Under the pieces are notes generated by a model. That model saw only the letters and a list, made by a program, of their open reading frames with translations, had not been told where the DNA came from and searched no databases. A program made the translations under genes and the position numbers. A DNA stretch of 64,000 nucleotides from Caldisericaceae bacterium (GTDB lineage Bacteria > Caldisericota > Caldisericia > Caldisericales > Caldisericaceae). Position 1 is the first letter of the stretch. Each line of letters opens with the position of its first letter. Shown here piece by piece: positions 37,499 to 48,573 of the stretch. Location: assembly GCA_049967855.1 (NCBI GenBank), contig JBMFRX010000001.1:96001-160000 (forward strand), written 5' to 3'.

Positions 37499-38842
37499 AT
37501 GGAAAAAGTTTTGGTAGTCGGTGGAAGAAAAAGTGGGTTATTTGCGGCTTTGTTAGCTAAGAAACTCGGATATTCGGTTTTTCTCACTGAAAATAGCGTG
37601 AATGAAGAAGTATTAAAAAATGTGAACGTTTTGAAAGAGAATGGAATTGATTATGAAATTGGCAAACATTCTTTTGGGCTTTTTAAGAGCTTTGATTTTG
37701 CAGTTCTCTCTCCAGGTGTCCCCCTTGGTTCGGAAATAGTCCTTAGCCTTGAAAGAGATGGGATACCTTTTATTGGCGAAACTGAATTTGCTTACCGAAG
37801 TTCCCCTGAAACTGAAATTGTTGCTGTAACAGGCTCTAACGGTAAAAGCACTACAACTTCATTAATAGGACATATCCTCGAGCTCTTTGATGGAAGCACT
37901 ATTACAGGAGGGAATCTTGGCAATCCTTACTCGGAATTGCTTTTGAATATGCCCTCTCCGCACTTCGCCGTCCTTGAAACAAGTTGTTTCCAACTTGAAA
38001 CTATTGAAAAATACAGACCGAAAGTCGCTGTATTTCTTAATATTATGGAAAATCATCTTGACAGGTACAAAACGATTGATGAATATGTTTCGGTTAAGAA
38101 AAGAATTTTTGAAAATCAGGATGCAAATGATTTTGCCGTTCTAAATTACGATGACAGAATTGTTTCTGATTTTTCCAAATCAATCAGGAGCAAAACTTAT
38201 TTCTACAGTCTGTATCAAGAAGTGCCTGTTGGAGCCTATTTTGAGGGGGGTAACATTTATGTTGTGGATAGCAAATCAAAGCTGTTATTAACTGACGTAA
38301 GCAAGATAAAGCTCAGGGGAATGCATAATGTTTCAAATGTTCTTGCAGCAGTTGTTGCCGCTAGTGTTTTAAAAGTTCCAAATGAAGTTGTAATAAAAGG
38401 AATAGAAACTTTTCGTGGCTTGCCTCACAGGTTGGAAGAAGTGAGGACAATTGACGGAGTCTTATATGTCAATGACTCAAAATCAACTACCCCAGACTCT
38501 ACAATAAAAGCTCTTGAGTCTTTCAACGCTCCAATTATTCTCATTGCAGGAGGCAGCAGCAAGAATAATGACTTCACCAACCTATCTCAATATTTTAGTG
38601 GAAGGGTGAAGAAGCTGATTCTTTTAGGCGACACTGCTCGAGCAATTGGTGATGCAGCCGTGAGAGCAGGCTTTGGCAATTTTGTCATCGTTAACTCGCT
38701 TGAGAATGCCGTAAAAAAAGCAAAAGCGATATCTAGCTCAGGAGATGTAGTCCTTTTGTCTCCTGCTTGCGCAAGCTTTGATATGTTTAATGATTTCGAG
38801 CATAGGGGAGAAACGTTCAAGCAAATCGTAAATAAATTATGA
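37499..38842 (+). CDS. murD: UDP-MurNAc-L-Ala:D-Glu ligase
   Basis: SPGVP, AVTGSNGKSTTT, ETSCFQLE, HLDRY, HRLE, NDSKST, LLSPACASFD. Confidence 0.96.
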   Translation: MEKVLVVGGRKSGLFAALLAKKLGYSVFLTENSVNEEVLKNVNVLKENGIDYEIGKHSFGLFKSFDFAVLSPGVPLGSEIVLSLERDGIPFIGETEFAYRSSPETEIVAVTGSNGKSTTTSLIGHILELFDGSTITGGNLGNPYSELLLNMPSPHFAVLETSCFQLETIEKYRPKVAVFLNIMENHLDRYKTIDEYVSVKKRIFENQDANDFAVLNYDDRIVSDFSKSIRSKTYFYSLYQEVPVGAYFEGGNIYVVDSKSKLLLTDVSKIKLRGMHNVSNVLAAVVAASVLKVPNEVVIKGIETFRGLPHRLEEVRTIDGVLYVNDSKSTTPDSTIKALESFNAPIILIAGGSSKNNDFTNLSQYFSGRVKKLILLGDTARAIGDAAVRAGFGNFVIVNSLENAVKKAKAISSSGDVVLLSPACASFDMFNDFEHRGETFKQIVNKL

Positions 38843-39918
38843 CCAACGAGAAAAAGTTGTTAATTTTGGTACTTATTATTGCGGTGTTGCTGCTTACAAT
38901 CGTTGGTTTGTTGATGAGCTTCAGCATAAGTTTCAGCCAGAGCAGCAGTCTCTCGATAGAAATGTTCGTGCGGCAAATTGTATATGTCGTAATTGGTGCA
39001 GGCGCAGTTGTATTTTTTGCTTTCTTTAACCACAACAAATTACGTGGTTTTGCCAAGATTTTTGCAATTATAATATTCATTTTGCTTCTTGTGCTTATGG
39101 TAAAAGGGTTTGATGTCTCCAAGCGTTGGATTCCAATTGGTGTAATATCAATTCAGCCATCTCAGTTTGCCTATATTGCTTGTGTCTTGCTTATTGCTCG
39201 TGTTTTCTCCGGTCAGATAGAGGAGAAAAATGCTTTTAAGGCTTATGCAATAGTGTTCATATTTGTGGCTATAATCTCGCTTCTGATTGCTTTGGAGCCA
39301 GATATGGGAAGTGCGGTTGTAACGTTTGCTTCGGCTTTTTTGTTGCTCTTTATAAGTGGAATGCCAGTTGGAGAGTTCCTGTTATTTTGCTTGATAATGG
39401 TTTTAGGCGGAGTCCTTATACTTCCGTTTAGCTCTGAATGGGCAGCACGAATAAAAGCGTGGCTCAATCCTTATGCTTACCAAACAACTGACGGCTTGCA
39501 AATGCTTCAGTCTTTCAGGGCTTTAGCAAGAGGGGGGATAACGGGTGTTGGTTTTATGCGAAGTTTGTTGAAATTTCCTGGATACCTGCCTGTAAGCTCT
39601 TCTGACTTTGTATTTGCAATCTTTGGAGAGGAAATTGGCCTTTTGGGCTGTGTAGTTTTGATTGTTCTCTATGGAGTTGTCGCTTACGTGGGCTTCAGGA
39701 TAGCAAGAAAGGCAAAGTCGAACTTCTCACGGTTGCTTGCCCTTGGGCTGACCATTGGGATTCTAACGTGGGCAATTGCAAATATGGCAGTGAATGTTGG
39801 ACTTATGCCAGTTACGGGGGTACCCCTTTCCTTCGTAAGTTTTGGTGGCAACAATATGATAGCCAATTTTATAAGTGTTGGTATTTTGATAAATATCGCA
39901 AGAAAAGAGGTTAGCTAA
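38839..39918 (+). CDS. ftsW: SEDS peptidoglycan polymerase
   Basis: RWI....IQPS, EPDMG, SDFVFAIFGEEIG, PVTGVPLSFVSFGG. Confidence 0.93.
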   Translation: MTNEKKLLILVLIIAVLLLTIVGLLMSFSISFSQSSSLSIEMFVRQIVYVVIGAGAVVFFAFFNHNKLRGFAKIFAIIIFILLLVLMVKGFDVSKRWIPIGVISIQPSQFAYIACVLLIARVFSGQIEEKNAFKAYAIVFIFVAIISLLIALEPDMGSAVVTFASAFLLLFISGMPVGEFLLFCLIMVLGGVLILPFSSEWAARIKAWLNPYAYQTTDGLQMLQSFRALARGGITGVGFMRSLLKFPGYLPVSSSDFVFAIFGEEIGLLGCVVLIVLYGVVAYVGFRIARKAKSNFSRLLALGLTIGILTWAIANMAVNVGLMPVTGVPLSFVSFGGNNMIANFISVGILINIARKEVS

Positions 39919-39919
39919 C

Positions 39920-40993
39920 TTGAAAGTAATAATTGCTGCTGGGGGTACAGGTGGACATTTTTATCCTGCCATTGCTCTTGGAGAAGCATTTAAGAGCTCT
40001 GGAAATGAGGTAATTTTTGTTGGAAGAAAGGGAAGTATAGAAGAGGAAAAGTATTCTGAATATGGTTTCATAACGAAAACAATACATGCTTCTCAGTTTG
40101 ATTATGCTCCTCGATATCTTTTTAGGTTCCTGCCAAACTTGCTTAGGGGCATATTTGACTCTTTTAGAATAGTTGGAAGAGAAAATCCAGACGCTGTAAT
40201 AGGGTGTGGTGGCTACGTTTCGGCACCAATCATCCTTGCAAGCCTTTTGATGGGCAAGCCATATTTCCTCTATGAGCAAAACATCATTCCAGGCCGCGCA
40301 AATAAAATATTCAGTCGTTTTGCGAGGAAAGTTTTCTTGGGTTTCAAAGATGAGTATAACTATTTTGGCTCAAAAGGAATTTTTACAGGAAACCCAATCA
40401 GAGCCAAGATGATTATACTCGACAGAAGAGATGCTCTTAATGCATTGGGACTAAGAGATGTTCCCACTTTGCTTGTTTTTGGGGGGAGTGGCGGGTCAGA
40501 TAAAATAAACAAAGTCGTAGCAGCTGCCGTTCAAGAGATTCTCCAAAAAGCCAATCTTCAAATAATTTTTGTAACAGGTAATAGAATGTATGATGAGATT
40601 AGAAATAAGATAAACATTCCGCAAGTGAAGGTACTAAGATACCTTGAAGATATGCAACTTGCTTATTCTGCAGCGGATTTTGCGATTACGAGAGCAGGAG
40701 CTATGACTTTAACCGAGCTTGCCCATTATAAGATACCTTCAATTTTGATTCCTTTTCCATTTGCAACTTATGACCATCAAAAAAAGAATGCCTTTTATCT
40801 TGCAAACAAGGGTTGTGTTGAAATTATTGATGAGAATGATTTCACGGAAAGGCTAATTGTAGATAAAATAGTTTACTATTTTACTCATAATGATATAATT
40901 AATAAGATGAAAGAATGTTTCAAGGGAAGCATTTTCCCTGAAAACAGTGCGGAGTTAATTGTAAGCGAGGTTATGGATATTGTCAAAGGATAA
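39920..40993 (+). CDS. murG: lipid II GlcNAc transferase
   Basis: GGTGGHFYPA, GGYVS, EQN..PGRAN, GNPIR, FGGS.G, TRAGAMT. Confidence 0.96.
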   Translation: MKVIIAAGGTGGHFYPAIALGEAFKSSGNEVIFVGRKGSIEEEKYSEYGFITKTIHASQFDYAPRYLFRFLPNLLRGIFDSFRIVGRENPDAVIGCGGYVSAPIILASLLMGKPYFLYEQNIIPGRANKIFSRFARKVFLGFKDEYNYFGSKGIFTGNPIRAKMIILDRRDALNALGLRDVPTLLVFGGSGGSDKINKVVAAAVQEILQKANLQIIFVTGNRMYDEIRNKINIPQVKVLRYLEDMQLAYSAADFAITRAGAMTLTELAHYKIPSILIPFPFATYDHQKKNAFYLANKGCVEIIDENDFTERLIVDKIVYYFTHNDIINKMKECFKGSIFPENSAELIVSEVMDIVKG

Positions 40994-42338
40994 GGTGTTT
41001 TTCGTTGGTATAGGTGGCGTTGGCATGAGCAGGCTTGCTATTATAATGAATCAATTAGGTTTTGAAGTATATGGTAGCGATGCTGAGAGTCTTTCTGCAA
41101 TTAAAATGCTGTCTCCTTATGGTATTAACGTAGTCAATAGCGATTTTTCGCTTGACAAAAGTTTTGCTTATGTTGTTTACTCTTCAGCTATCCCCCCAAC
41201 AGACGTTTTTATACAACGTGCTAAAGCACTTGAACTAAATTTAAAGTCACGTGGAGAAATGCTCGCTGAGATTGCAATGCGATACAAAGAGGTTGTTGTT
41301 TGTGGCACTCACGGGAAAACTACAACAACAGCAATGATTGGAACGATATTGGGAACGGAGTATAAGACCAACGTTTATGTTGGTGGCAAGTCCCTGGCGA
41401 ATACTTTTGCTGAGGATGCAGAGTATTTTGTAATTGAGTCAGATGAAAGTGATAAGACTTTTCTACTTTTTTCTCCACATCTGTTAGTTGCTACAAACAT
41501 TGATGCAGATCATCTTAATGCCTACGACAACAATATGGATAATCTGAAGGATGCCTTCAAGACGCTTTTAAGCAAGGCCTCTATTAGGGTAGTGTCACTC
41601 GATGATACAAATGCTTTTACAGTGAGCTTGGGCGTAGCTGGAAAGACCTATTATTTCAGCCTGAACAACAAAAATGCAGATGCATTTGCAGAGAGCGTTA
41701 GCTATGAGCCTGACGGAGTTCGTTTTGATTTACGCACAAACCGTGAGTTGATTAGAGGAATCAAGATGGCCGTCTATGGTCCTAAGAATCTAAGTAATGC
41801 TGTTGCAGCTGCACTTAGTTGTCATTTACTGGGAGTTCCTTACGAGAAAATTGTAAAAGGGTTGGAGAAATTTGCTATGCCTTCAAGAAGGCTTGAAAAG
41901 AAAGGTGAAGTGCGAGAAATTGTTTTATTTGACGATCATGCAGACCATCCTACCGAAGTTGAAGCCACACTTAATGCTCTGACGATTCACTTTCCTTCGA
42001 AGCGTATTGTTGCTGTTTTTCAACCTCACAGATACTCGCGAATGAACCTTCTTAAAGAAAATGTTGCAAAGCCTTTCTATCTTGCGGATATTGTTGTAGT
42101 CTCTGAGATTTTTCCTGCGTTTGAAGCCCCCATTGAAGGTATCTCAGGAGAAGCAGTTGTATCCTGGATAAAAAAGCAAAATCCAAACAAAGCCGTCTAT
42201 TTTGAAAAGGAAACTGACAACATACCTGCACTTATCGCAAAAATTGCCCAGCCTGGCGATATTGTTGTGCTGCTTGGACCTGGTGACGTAGGCAAGATTT
42301 CGGATAAAATACTACAGCAACTTAAGGAGAGATTATGA
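40980..42338 (+). CDS. murC: UDP-MurNAc:L-Ala ligase
   Basis: GIGGVGMS, GTHGKTTT, ESDESD, NIDADHL, HPTE, FQPHRYSR. Confidence 0.96.
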   Translation: MSKDKVFFVGIGGVGMSRLAIIMNQLGFEVYGSDAESLSAIKMLSPYGINVVNSDFSLDKSFAYVVYSSAIPPTDVFIQRAKALELNLKSRGEMLAEIAMRYKEVVVCGTHGKTTTTAMIGTILGTEYKTNVYVGGKSLANTFAEDAEYFVIESDESDKTFLLFSPHLLVATNIDADHLNAYDNNMDNLKDAFKTLLSKASIRVVSLDDTNAFTVSLGVAGKTYYFSLNNKNADAFAESVSYEPDGVRFDLRTNRELIRGIKMAVYGPKNLSNAVAAALSCHLLGVPYEKIVKGLEKFAMPSRRLEKKGEVREIVLFDDHADHPTEVEATLNALTIHFPSKRIVAVFQPHRYSRMNLLKENVAKPFYLADIVVVSEIFPAFEAPIEGISGEAVVSWIKKQNPNKAVYFEKETDNIPALIAKIAQPGDIVVLLGPGDVGKISDKILQQLKERL

Positions 42339-43273
42339 TAACAAGAGAAATAGATGTTTTGAGAAGCTCCGTAAAAGGAGAAGTGCTTACAAACGAATTG
42401 ATGTCAAAGCACACTTCGTTTAGAATCGGAGGGCCTGCAGAAGTCTTTGTTAAGCCGAGCAGCACAGATGATTTGAAAAAAGTGCTTGAATGGGCAAAAA
42501 GAAATTCACAGAACATATTTGTTATGGGAAACGGAACCAACCTCATAGTCTCTGATGATGGCATTGAAGGCGTAGTTATAAAGATGGCTGATACATTCGC
42601 CAACATTCAGTATGATGGAAGTGAAGCAATGGTAGAATCTGGCACATCGATGCAGTACTTCCTCGAGGAGTCCCTCAGGAAAGGACTTGGTGGGATGGAA
42701 TTTGCCTGGGGTATTCCAGGCGCTGTTGGAGGTTCGATTGTTATGAACGCTGGCAGCAACTCGCACTTCATAAGTACGAAAATAAATTATGTTGACGTAA
42801 TGGATTTCAACGGCAGAAAACTGAGGCTTAGTCACGACGATTTGAAATTTGATTATAGATATTCTGTTCTTCAAGAGGAACCGCTCATACTTCTTAATGC
42901 TCTGTTTACTCTCGACAAGAAAGACGTTGCGATGATGAAGGTTGAAAGAGAATCTTTTATAAAATCGCGCTGGGAGAAACAGCCGATTGATTTTCCTTGT
43001 GCGGGAAGTGTTTTCAAAAACCCACCTACAACTTATGCTGGTAAAGTTCTTGAAGAAGTTGGCTGCAAAGGTATGCAGGTAGGTGGCGCAAAAATATCCG
43101 AAAAGCATGCCAATTTTATTGTTAATCTAGGCAATGCAACTGCTTCTGACGTGTTATCTCTAATCAAGGAAGCTCAGCAGAGGGTATATAAACAGAAGGA
43201 CCTTATACTTGAGCTTGAAATCAAGCTCGTTGGTAATTTTCAGACCTCATATTTGCTTGAGAGAAACAAATGA
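42335..43273 (+). CDS. murB: UDP-N-acetylenolpyruvoylglucosamine reductase
   Basis: HTSFRIGGPA, GNGTNL, GIPGAVGG..MNAG, AGSVFKNP, SEKHANF. Confidence 0.96.
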   Translation: MITREIDVLRSSVKGEVLTNELMSKHTSFRIGGPAEVFVKPSSTDDLKKVLEWAKRNSQNIFVMGNGTNLIVSDDGIEGVVIKMADTFANIQYDGSEAMVESGTSMQYFLEESLRKGLGGMEFAWGIPGAVGGSIVMNAGSNSHFISTKINYVDVMDFNGRKLRLSHDDLKFDYRYSVLQEEPLILLNALFTLDKKDVAMMKVERESFIKSRWEKQPIDFPCAGSVFKNPPTTYAGKVLEEVGCKGMQVGGAKISEKHANFIVNLGNATASDVLSLIKEAQQRVYKQKDLILELEIKLVGNFQTSYLLERNK

Positions 43274-44199
43274 AAGAGCGTGTTTTAGTCATTGATGGTG
43301 GGCTCTCAAATGAAAGGGAAATATCCCTGAGAAGTGGAAGGGCTATTTTCAACAGTTTAAAGGGACAGGGTTTCGAGGCATTGGAGTTTGATTTCAGAGG
43401 TTCTATTGAGCCAATTATAGAGCAATTCAAACCCGATGTTGTGTTTATAGCTTTGCATGGCATCCCAGGAGAAGATGGAACTGTTCAGGGAATGCTTGAG
43501 ATAGCAAACGTTGCTTATACTTTTTCTGGCGTTTTACAGAGCTCGCTTTGCATGAACAAGCTCTTTACAAAATTAGTCTTCAGACAGATAGGCATTAAGA
43601 CTCCAAATTTCATAAGCCTGAGGAGAGGAGATTCTCTGACATTCGAGAAAGCTTCCGAAGAGTTGAATTCTCCAAAAGTTGTTGTAAAACCAGTGGACCA
43701 GGGCTCTGCAATAGGGGTTGGCATTGTAGACAATGAAGCAGGCTTCAACGATGCAATTAGAGAAGCGTTTAAGCTTTCAAGCAAAATCATCATTGAAGAG
43801 TTTATAAAAGGAACGGAAATTACAGTAACTGTCATCGGAAATTATCCTAACATAAAGGTCCTTCCGATTATTGAAATCATTCCCACTCACTCTTTCTACG
43901 ACTTCTACTCAAAATATACGCCTGGCAAATCAACTCACAGAATACCTGCGAAGATAAGCGCCAAAGCATACAAGAAAGCAGAGGAGTTTGCGTTTTCTAT
44001 CTACAAGGACTTTGAACTGAGAGACCTTGCTCGGATTGATATGATTGTTGATAATGAAGATGTTTTTGTGCTCGAGGTTAACACAATCCCAGGTTTTACT
44101 GAGACAAGCCTTGTTCCAGATTCAGCAAGAGCCGCAGGGTTGAGTTTTGATGAGCTTACCAGTTTCATTGTAGGGGAGGCTCTGTCGCGCAGAAAGTGA
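43270..44199 (+). CDS. ddl: D-alanine-D-alanine ligase
   Basis: GGLSNEREIS, ALHGIPGEDG, KP..QGSAIG, FYDFYSKY, EVNTIPG. Confidence 0.96.
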   Translation: MKERVLVIDGGLSNEREISLRSGRAIFNSLKGQGFEALEFDFRGSIEPIIEQFKPDVVFIALHGIPGEDGTVQGMLEIANVAYTFSGVLQSSLCMNKLFTKLVFRQIGIKTPNFISLRRGDSLTFEKASEELNSPKVVVKPVDQGSAIGVGIVDNEAGFNDAIREAFKLSSKIIIEEFIKGTEITVTVIGNYPNIKVLPIIEIIPTHSFYDFYSKYTPGKSTHRIPAKISAKAYKKAEEFAFSIYKDFELRDLARIDMIVDNEDVFVLEVNTIPGFTETSLVPDSARAAGLSFDELTSFIVGEALSRRK

Positions 44200-44801
44200 A
44201 AAGACTGCTAAGCATTTTGTTGGTTTTTGTTCTATTATTGATTGCAGTGCTTGTGGCCTTTTCTCCTTTACTCCCTGAAAGCAGCATCACCGTTTCGAGC
44301 AATATTCCTTTGAATACTGAAGACATTTTCTTGAAGACAGGTTTATTTTACTTTACCTATTTTCCTAAATTACCTGTTTCAGTTGACCGCAAATTGCTGA
44401 AAGTTTCAGTATCTTATGTTGAAGCCGCCAAGTATAACATTAAGTTCAGTGATGGTATATTTGGCATTACTAAGGATGGCTGGGTTGTCAAAGAACCGCA
44501 GCCAGGTCTAAAAACAATTAATGCAAAATTCGAAAGTAGCAAATGGAATTCAAGTTTTAGGGAACTCTTCTTAGTATTTGAAAGCAATGATTTTATGGAC
44601 AAAGTGAGTTCATTTTGTTTTTTTCAAAATTATGTTGCATTTTTTGATAAAAACGATATTCTTAATATAATGGGAGATAGAAATTATAGCGAAAAAATTC
44701 AGGAATATTTGAAAACAATCAGCTTGTTTACTGGTAAACTGGAGGCAATCAAGCAGATTGATTTTAGATTTGATAAGCAGTCTGTTATTATTTGGAGATG
44801 A
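44196..44801 (+). CDS. divergent FtsQ/DivIB-like protein
   Basis: N-terminal TM, C-terminal IDFRFDKQ (FtsQ DLR-like); position between ddl and ftsA. Confidence 0.6.
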   Translation: MKRLLSILLVFVLLLIAVLVAFSPLLPESSITVSSNIPLNTEDIFLKTGLFYFTYFPKLPVSVDRKLLKVSVSYVEAAKYNIKFSDGIFGITKDGWVVKEPQPGLKTINAKFESSKWNSSFRELFLVFESNDFMDKVSSFCFFQNYVAFFDKNDILNIMGDRNYSEKIQEYLKTISLFTGKLEAIKQIDFRFDKQSVIIWR

Positions 44802-44802
44802 G

Positions 44803-46011
44803 ATGAACGAAAGAACCATTTCAGTGCTCGATTTAGGCAGTAGCAGTATAAAGTTCCTTATTGCAGAAATTGCTGAGGATAATGCTTCTATTGTTGGCGT
44901 GGGCAATGTTACCTCTAAGAGCGTTAACAAAGGAGTGGTTGTTGATTTGAACAAGACAAGCGATGCTATTGCTCAGGCAGCCAAGGCTGCGGAAACTATG
45001 TCTGGCAAGAAACCGACCTCTGTTTATGTTTCTGTAAGCGGCGGGCACATCTATTCGCTTAATAACAGGGGCATTGTAATTATATCGAAAGAGGGGCGGG
45101 AGATTAGCAAGGATGACATAAGAAGAGTGGAAGAATCGGCAAAGGTCCTGTTGTTGCAGGCAAACCAGAATATTATTCATATTCTTCCGAGGCAATTTGT
45201 AATAGATGGTCAGGGAGGCATAAGGAATCCTGTAGGAATGTCTGGAATAAAACTTGAGGAAGAAGTTCATATTGTTACTGGTTCTTCAACAGCACTCTAC
45301 AATATCAAGAAGGCGATTGCTATGGCTGGGCTTGATTTTGGAAGTTTTGTCCTTCAATCACTTGCATCATCTCTGTCTACTTTGAAAGAGCCGGAGAAAG
45401 AATTAGGCGTGGCTCTTCTTGACATTGGCGCAGGAACAGGAGACCTTATTGTGTATTCCAATGGTAATATTTCTCATACGGCTGTATTGCCTATGGGAGG
45501 AGAGTACATAACAAAAGATTTGGCGTATGGCCTTAGAATATCATTTGAGGAGGCCGAAAAACTCAAGAAGGAGCATGGCTTTGTTATTACAGCTCAAGGC
45601 GAGATACCTTCAGGAGAAGTTGAAATAGAAAAAGTTGCAAGTTCTGAAAAACTCTTTGTTCCATACACTGAGGTCGGTGAAATAATTACTTCAAGAGTTG
45701 ACGAGATTCTTGAAGGAGTAAGGCTTGAACTTATGAAGTCTGGCTATTGGAATTCTATTCCTTCTGGAATTGTTATTACTGGTGGATGTGCTGCTCTCAA
45801 AGGATTTTCTGAAAGAGCAAGCGAGATTCTTGAGATTCCTTCAAGGGTTGGCTATCCAAAGGGCGATTTTGCCTTGTCGAACCTGCTAAGCACTCCAGAA
45901 TACTCTACTGCTGTTGGACTCGTGCTTTATGCAATGGAGAACGAAGAGACTGGAAGGAAGAGGTCTGATTTTTTGAAAAGCCTTTCTTGGCTTAAAGACA
46001 TTTTTGAATAA
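44803..46011 (+). CDS. ftsA: cell division protein FtsA
   Basis: LDLGSSSIK, NPVGMSG, LDIGAGT, ITKDL, AEKLK, VITGG; start refined to ATG 44803. Confidence 0.96.
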   Translation: MNERTISVLDLGSSSIKFLIAEIAEDNASIVGVGNVTSKSVNKGVVVDLNKTSDAIAQAAKAAETMSGKKPTSVYVSVSGGHIYSLNNRGIVIISKEGREISKDDIRRVEESAKVLLLQANQNIIHILPRQFVIDGQGGIRNPVGMSGIKLEEEVHIVTGSSTALYNIKKAIAMAGLDFGSFVLQSLASSLSTLKEPEKELGVALLDIGAGTGDLIVYSNGNISHTAVLPMGGEYITKDLAYGLRISFEEAEKLKKEHGFVITAQGEIPSGEVEIEKVASSEKLFVPYTEVGEIITSRVDEILEGVRLELMKSGYWNSIPSGIVITGGCAALKGFSERASEILEIPSRVGYPKGDFALSNLLSTPEYSTAVGLVLYAMENEETGRKRSDFLKSLSWLKDIFE

Positions 46012-46023
46012 GGGGGATAAGTT

Positions 46024-47073
46024 ATGATTGATCCTTGGAAGGGAGCTCAGGCAAGAATAAAGGTAATAGGCGTTGGCGGCGGTGGAGGAAACGCAATAAA
46101 TCGTATGATAGACGAGGGTGTTGATGGCGTTGAATTTATTGCTGTGAATACCGACGTGCAGGTTCTTTCGCTTAATAAAGCCGACAGAAAGGTTCAAATC
46201 GGGCCTCGCACAACGGGAGGCTTAGGGGCAGGTTCATATCCTGAAATTGGCAAAAAGTCTGCAGAGGAAAGCAAAGAAGAACTGAAGAAAATGATAGAGG
46301 GAGCAGACCTTCTGTTCATAACTGCAGGTATGGGCGGAGGGACAGGAACTGGTGCCTCTCCTATTATTGCAGCTATTGCCAAGGAGCTCGATATTCTCAC
46401 TGTCGCCGTTGTTACAAAGCCCTTTTCCTTTGAAGGAAGAGCAAGGAACAGAGTCGCAGAGGACGGAATCAAAGAAATAGTTCCAAACACCGACACTGTT
46501 ATTGTGATATCAAATGATAGACTTCTCAAAATAGTTGACAAGAAAACCCCTTTGAATGAGGCATTTAAAGTTGCCGATAATATACTTCTTTATGCAGTAA
46601 AAGGAATTGCTGACCTCATTACTGTTCCTGGACTCATTAACGTTGATTTTGCAGATGTTAAGACCACCCTGAAGGAAGCAGGTACAGCCTGGTTTGGAAT
46701 TGGGGTGGGTAGAGGAGAAAGCAGAGCGACAGATGCTGCCAGGAAGGCTGTTTCAAGTCCACTTCTTGAATTTTCAATAGACGGAGCTACTCGCGTTCTT
46801 TACAACATCACTGGTGGCAAGAATTTTGGCATCGGTGAGGTTAATGAAGTTGCTACTGTAATAGCTGATGCCGTTGCTCCAGATGCAAACATCATTTTTG
46901 GTACTGCAATTGACGAAAACCTTGAGGACGAAGTCCGTATCACAGTGATTGCTGCAGGATTTGATAAAAAAGTTGAATCAAAGTACGAGAAGAAGCATTT
47001 TGAGACAAAGAGCGAGAATCTGGAAAACTCTGATTTTGAAATCCCAGCTTTCCTTCGCAAAAGAGGTAAGTGA
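46024..47073 (+). CDS. ftsZ: cell division protein FtsZ
   Basis: [26 protein letters not shown]-terminal EIPAFLRK. Confidence 0.99.
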   Translation: MIDPWKGAQARIKVIGVGGGGGNAINRMIDEGVDGVEFIAVNTDVQVLSLNKADRKVQIGPRTTGGLGAGSYPEIGKKSAEESKEELKKMIEGADLLFITAGMGGGTGTGASPIIAAIAKELDILTVAVVTKPFSFEGRARNRVAEDGIKEIVPNTDTVIVISNDRLLKIVDKKTPLNEAFKVADNILLYAVKGIADLITVPGLINVDFADVKTTLKEAGTAWFGIGVGRGESRATDAARKAVSSPLLEFSIDGATRVLYNITGGKNFGIGEVNEVATVIADAVAPDANIIFGTAIDENLEDEVRITVIAAGFDKKVESKYEKKHFETKSENLENSDFEIPAFLRKRGK

Positions 47074-47082
47074 CCATAAACA

Positions 47083-47958
47083 GTGTTTAAAAAACTGCTA
47101 GGTTTTTTTGTCATTTTTTTTGTAAGCTTTTTTGTGCTCATAGGTTTAATGAAGGATGTATTTTCATTTGCAAGATCTGAAACTCTAAAGATAGAAAGTG
47201 TAAACGTTGATTCTGTTCCAATTGCTCAAACTGTTTCTGGAAAAGTTGTTTTTGCTGCAGAGAAAGTTGTTTCTCCTTCAAGTGGGCAGATTGTTTTTGT
47301 AAAAGATAATGGAGCGTATGTTGACAAAGGAACGCTTATTGCAAGAATACAGGGGAAGGAATTTTCTACTGACGTATTAAGCCCTGCAAGGGGAATTTTT
47401 ATCTGGGATGAGCTTGCCAATTATATTAGATCGTACAAGGAGATTGGCCAGATTAGTGATAGCGACTTCATTTGTGATAGGCTCAAGCAAGGACAGAGTG
47501 TCAAATCCTCTCAGATTATAGGCTCTATTGCAACTAATGACGATTTTTATTTGATGCTGGATACGAATTCATTTACCAACGTCAAAATTGTTCAGGTAGT
47601 TATAGACTCAGTCTTTACTTCTGCTTCAGGAAGCGTTGTGCAGAGCAATGCTACTGGCTTAGTGGTGGATATGAGCAAATTCTTTAACGAATTGTACGAC
47701 AAAAAACAGTTTACAGTAATTTCAAAGGTAATTAACGGCTTTAGGGTGAATGCAAACGATATAGTGAAATCTGGAGGGGTATCTGGTATCTACATTGTAA
47801 ACGGCAACAGACTGAAGTTCCTGCCAGTTGAAGTTTATGATGTGTCTCACCAAACATACGTCTCTGTGAAGGATGAGAATTTTGCATCTTTCAGTTCTTT
47901 TCTTATAGTGAGGTCTCCTTTAATGGTTAGAGAAGGGGAAGTTATTGGAAGTTTTTGA
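47083..47958 (+). CDS. membrane-anchored protein, HlyD/membrane-fusion-adaptor-like
   Basis: N-terminal TM; lipoyl-like halves VSPSSGQI..G.YVDKGTLIA and SPARG; C-terminal GIYIV..VREGEVI. Confidence 0.55.
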   Translation: MFKKLLGFFVIFFVSFFVLIGLMKDVFSFARSETLKIESVNVDSVPIAQTVSGKVVFAAEKVVSPSSGQIVFVKDNGAYVDKGTLIARIQGKEFSTDVLSPARGIFIWDELANYIRSYKEIGQISDSDFICDRLKQGQSVKSSQIIGSIATNDDFYLMLDTNSFTNVKIVQVVIDSVFTSASGSVVQSNATGLVVDMSKFFNELYDKKQFTVISKVINGFRVNANDIVKSGGVSGIYIVNGNRLKFLPVEVYDVSHQTYVSVKDENFASFSSFLIVRSPLMVREGEVIGSF

Positions 47959-48000
47959 TGATGTAACCTTTTTACTAAAATTACGTTTATAGAGGTAAGA

Positions 48001-48573
48001 GTGAACAAGTACGGGGATGAGGATCTCGTAAAAAGAATCAAAGATGGAGATGAGGTGGCATTCCGTCAGTTTTACGAGAGGTTCTTTCTTAGAGTTTACA
48101 AGTATGCTTCAAGAAGGGTTAGGAATAGAGAATCCTCTGAGGACATTACTTCAGAAGTGTTCTTGAGGATACTCAAAGGAATTAAGAATTTTGAAGTGAG
48201 AGGAAAAGATTCTCTCGATGTATGGGTGTATAGTATAGCGCGAAATGTGGTTTGCGATTGGTTTAGGAAGAATGCAGGCGTTGAGGTCCTCCCTCTGGAG
48301 GAAGGTTTTATAGAGGTACTTGCCCCTATTCTGAACGACCCTTATTCAACGGCTGAGCGAGAAGAAGTTGAAAGGTATATAAAAGAAGCTTTGAGTGAGT
48401 TGCAAGAGAATTATCGAGAAGTTATTGAAATGAGGTTCTATAGGCGTAAAAAACTTGCTGATATTGCATTTGAATTAGGAAAAAGCGTTGATGCAGTAAA
48501 AGTTATGCAATTTAGGGCCCTCAAGAATTTAAAAGATAAAGTGGAGGAAAAAATAAAAAGTGCAAAAAGATGA
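48001..48573 (+). CDS. ECF sigma-70 factor
   Basis: DEDLV...GDEVAF, EDITSEVF, W.YSIARN...DWFRK, region 4 IA..LGKS..AVK..QFRAL. Confidence 0.93.
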   Translation: MNKYGDEDLVKRIKDGDEVAFRQFYERFFLRVYKYASRRVRNRESSEDITSEVFLRILKGIKNFEVRGKDSLDVWVYSIARNVVCDWFRKNAGVEVLPLEEGFIEVLAPILNDPYSTAEREEVERYIKEALSELQENYREVIEMRFYRRKKLADIAFELGKSVDAVKVMQFRALKNLKDKVEEKIKSAKR

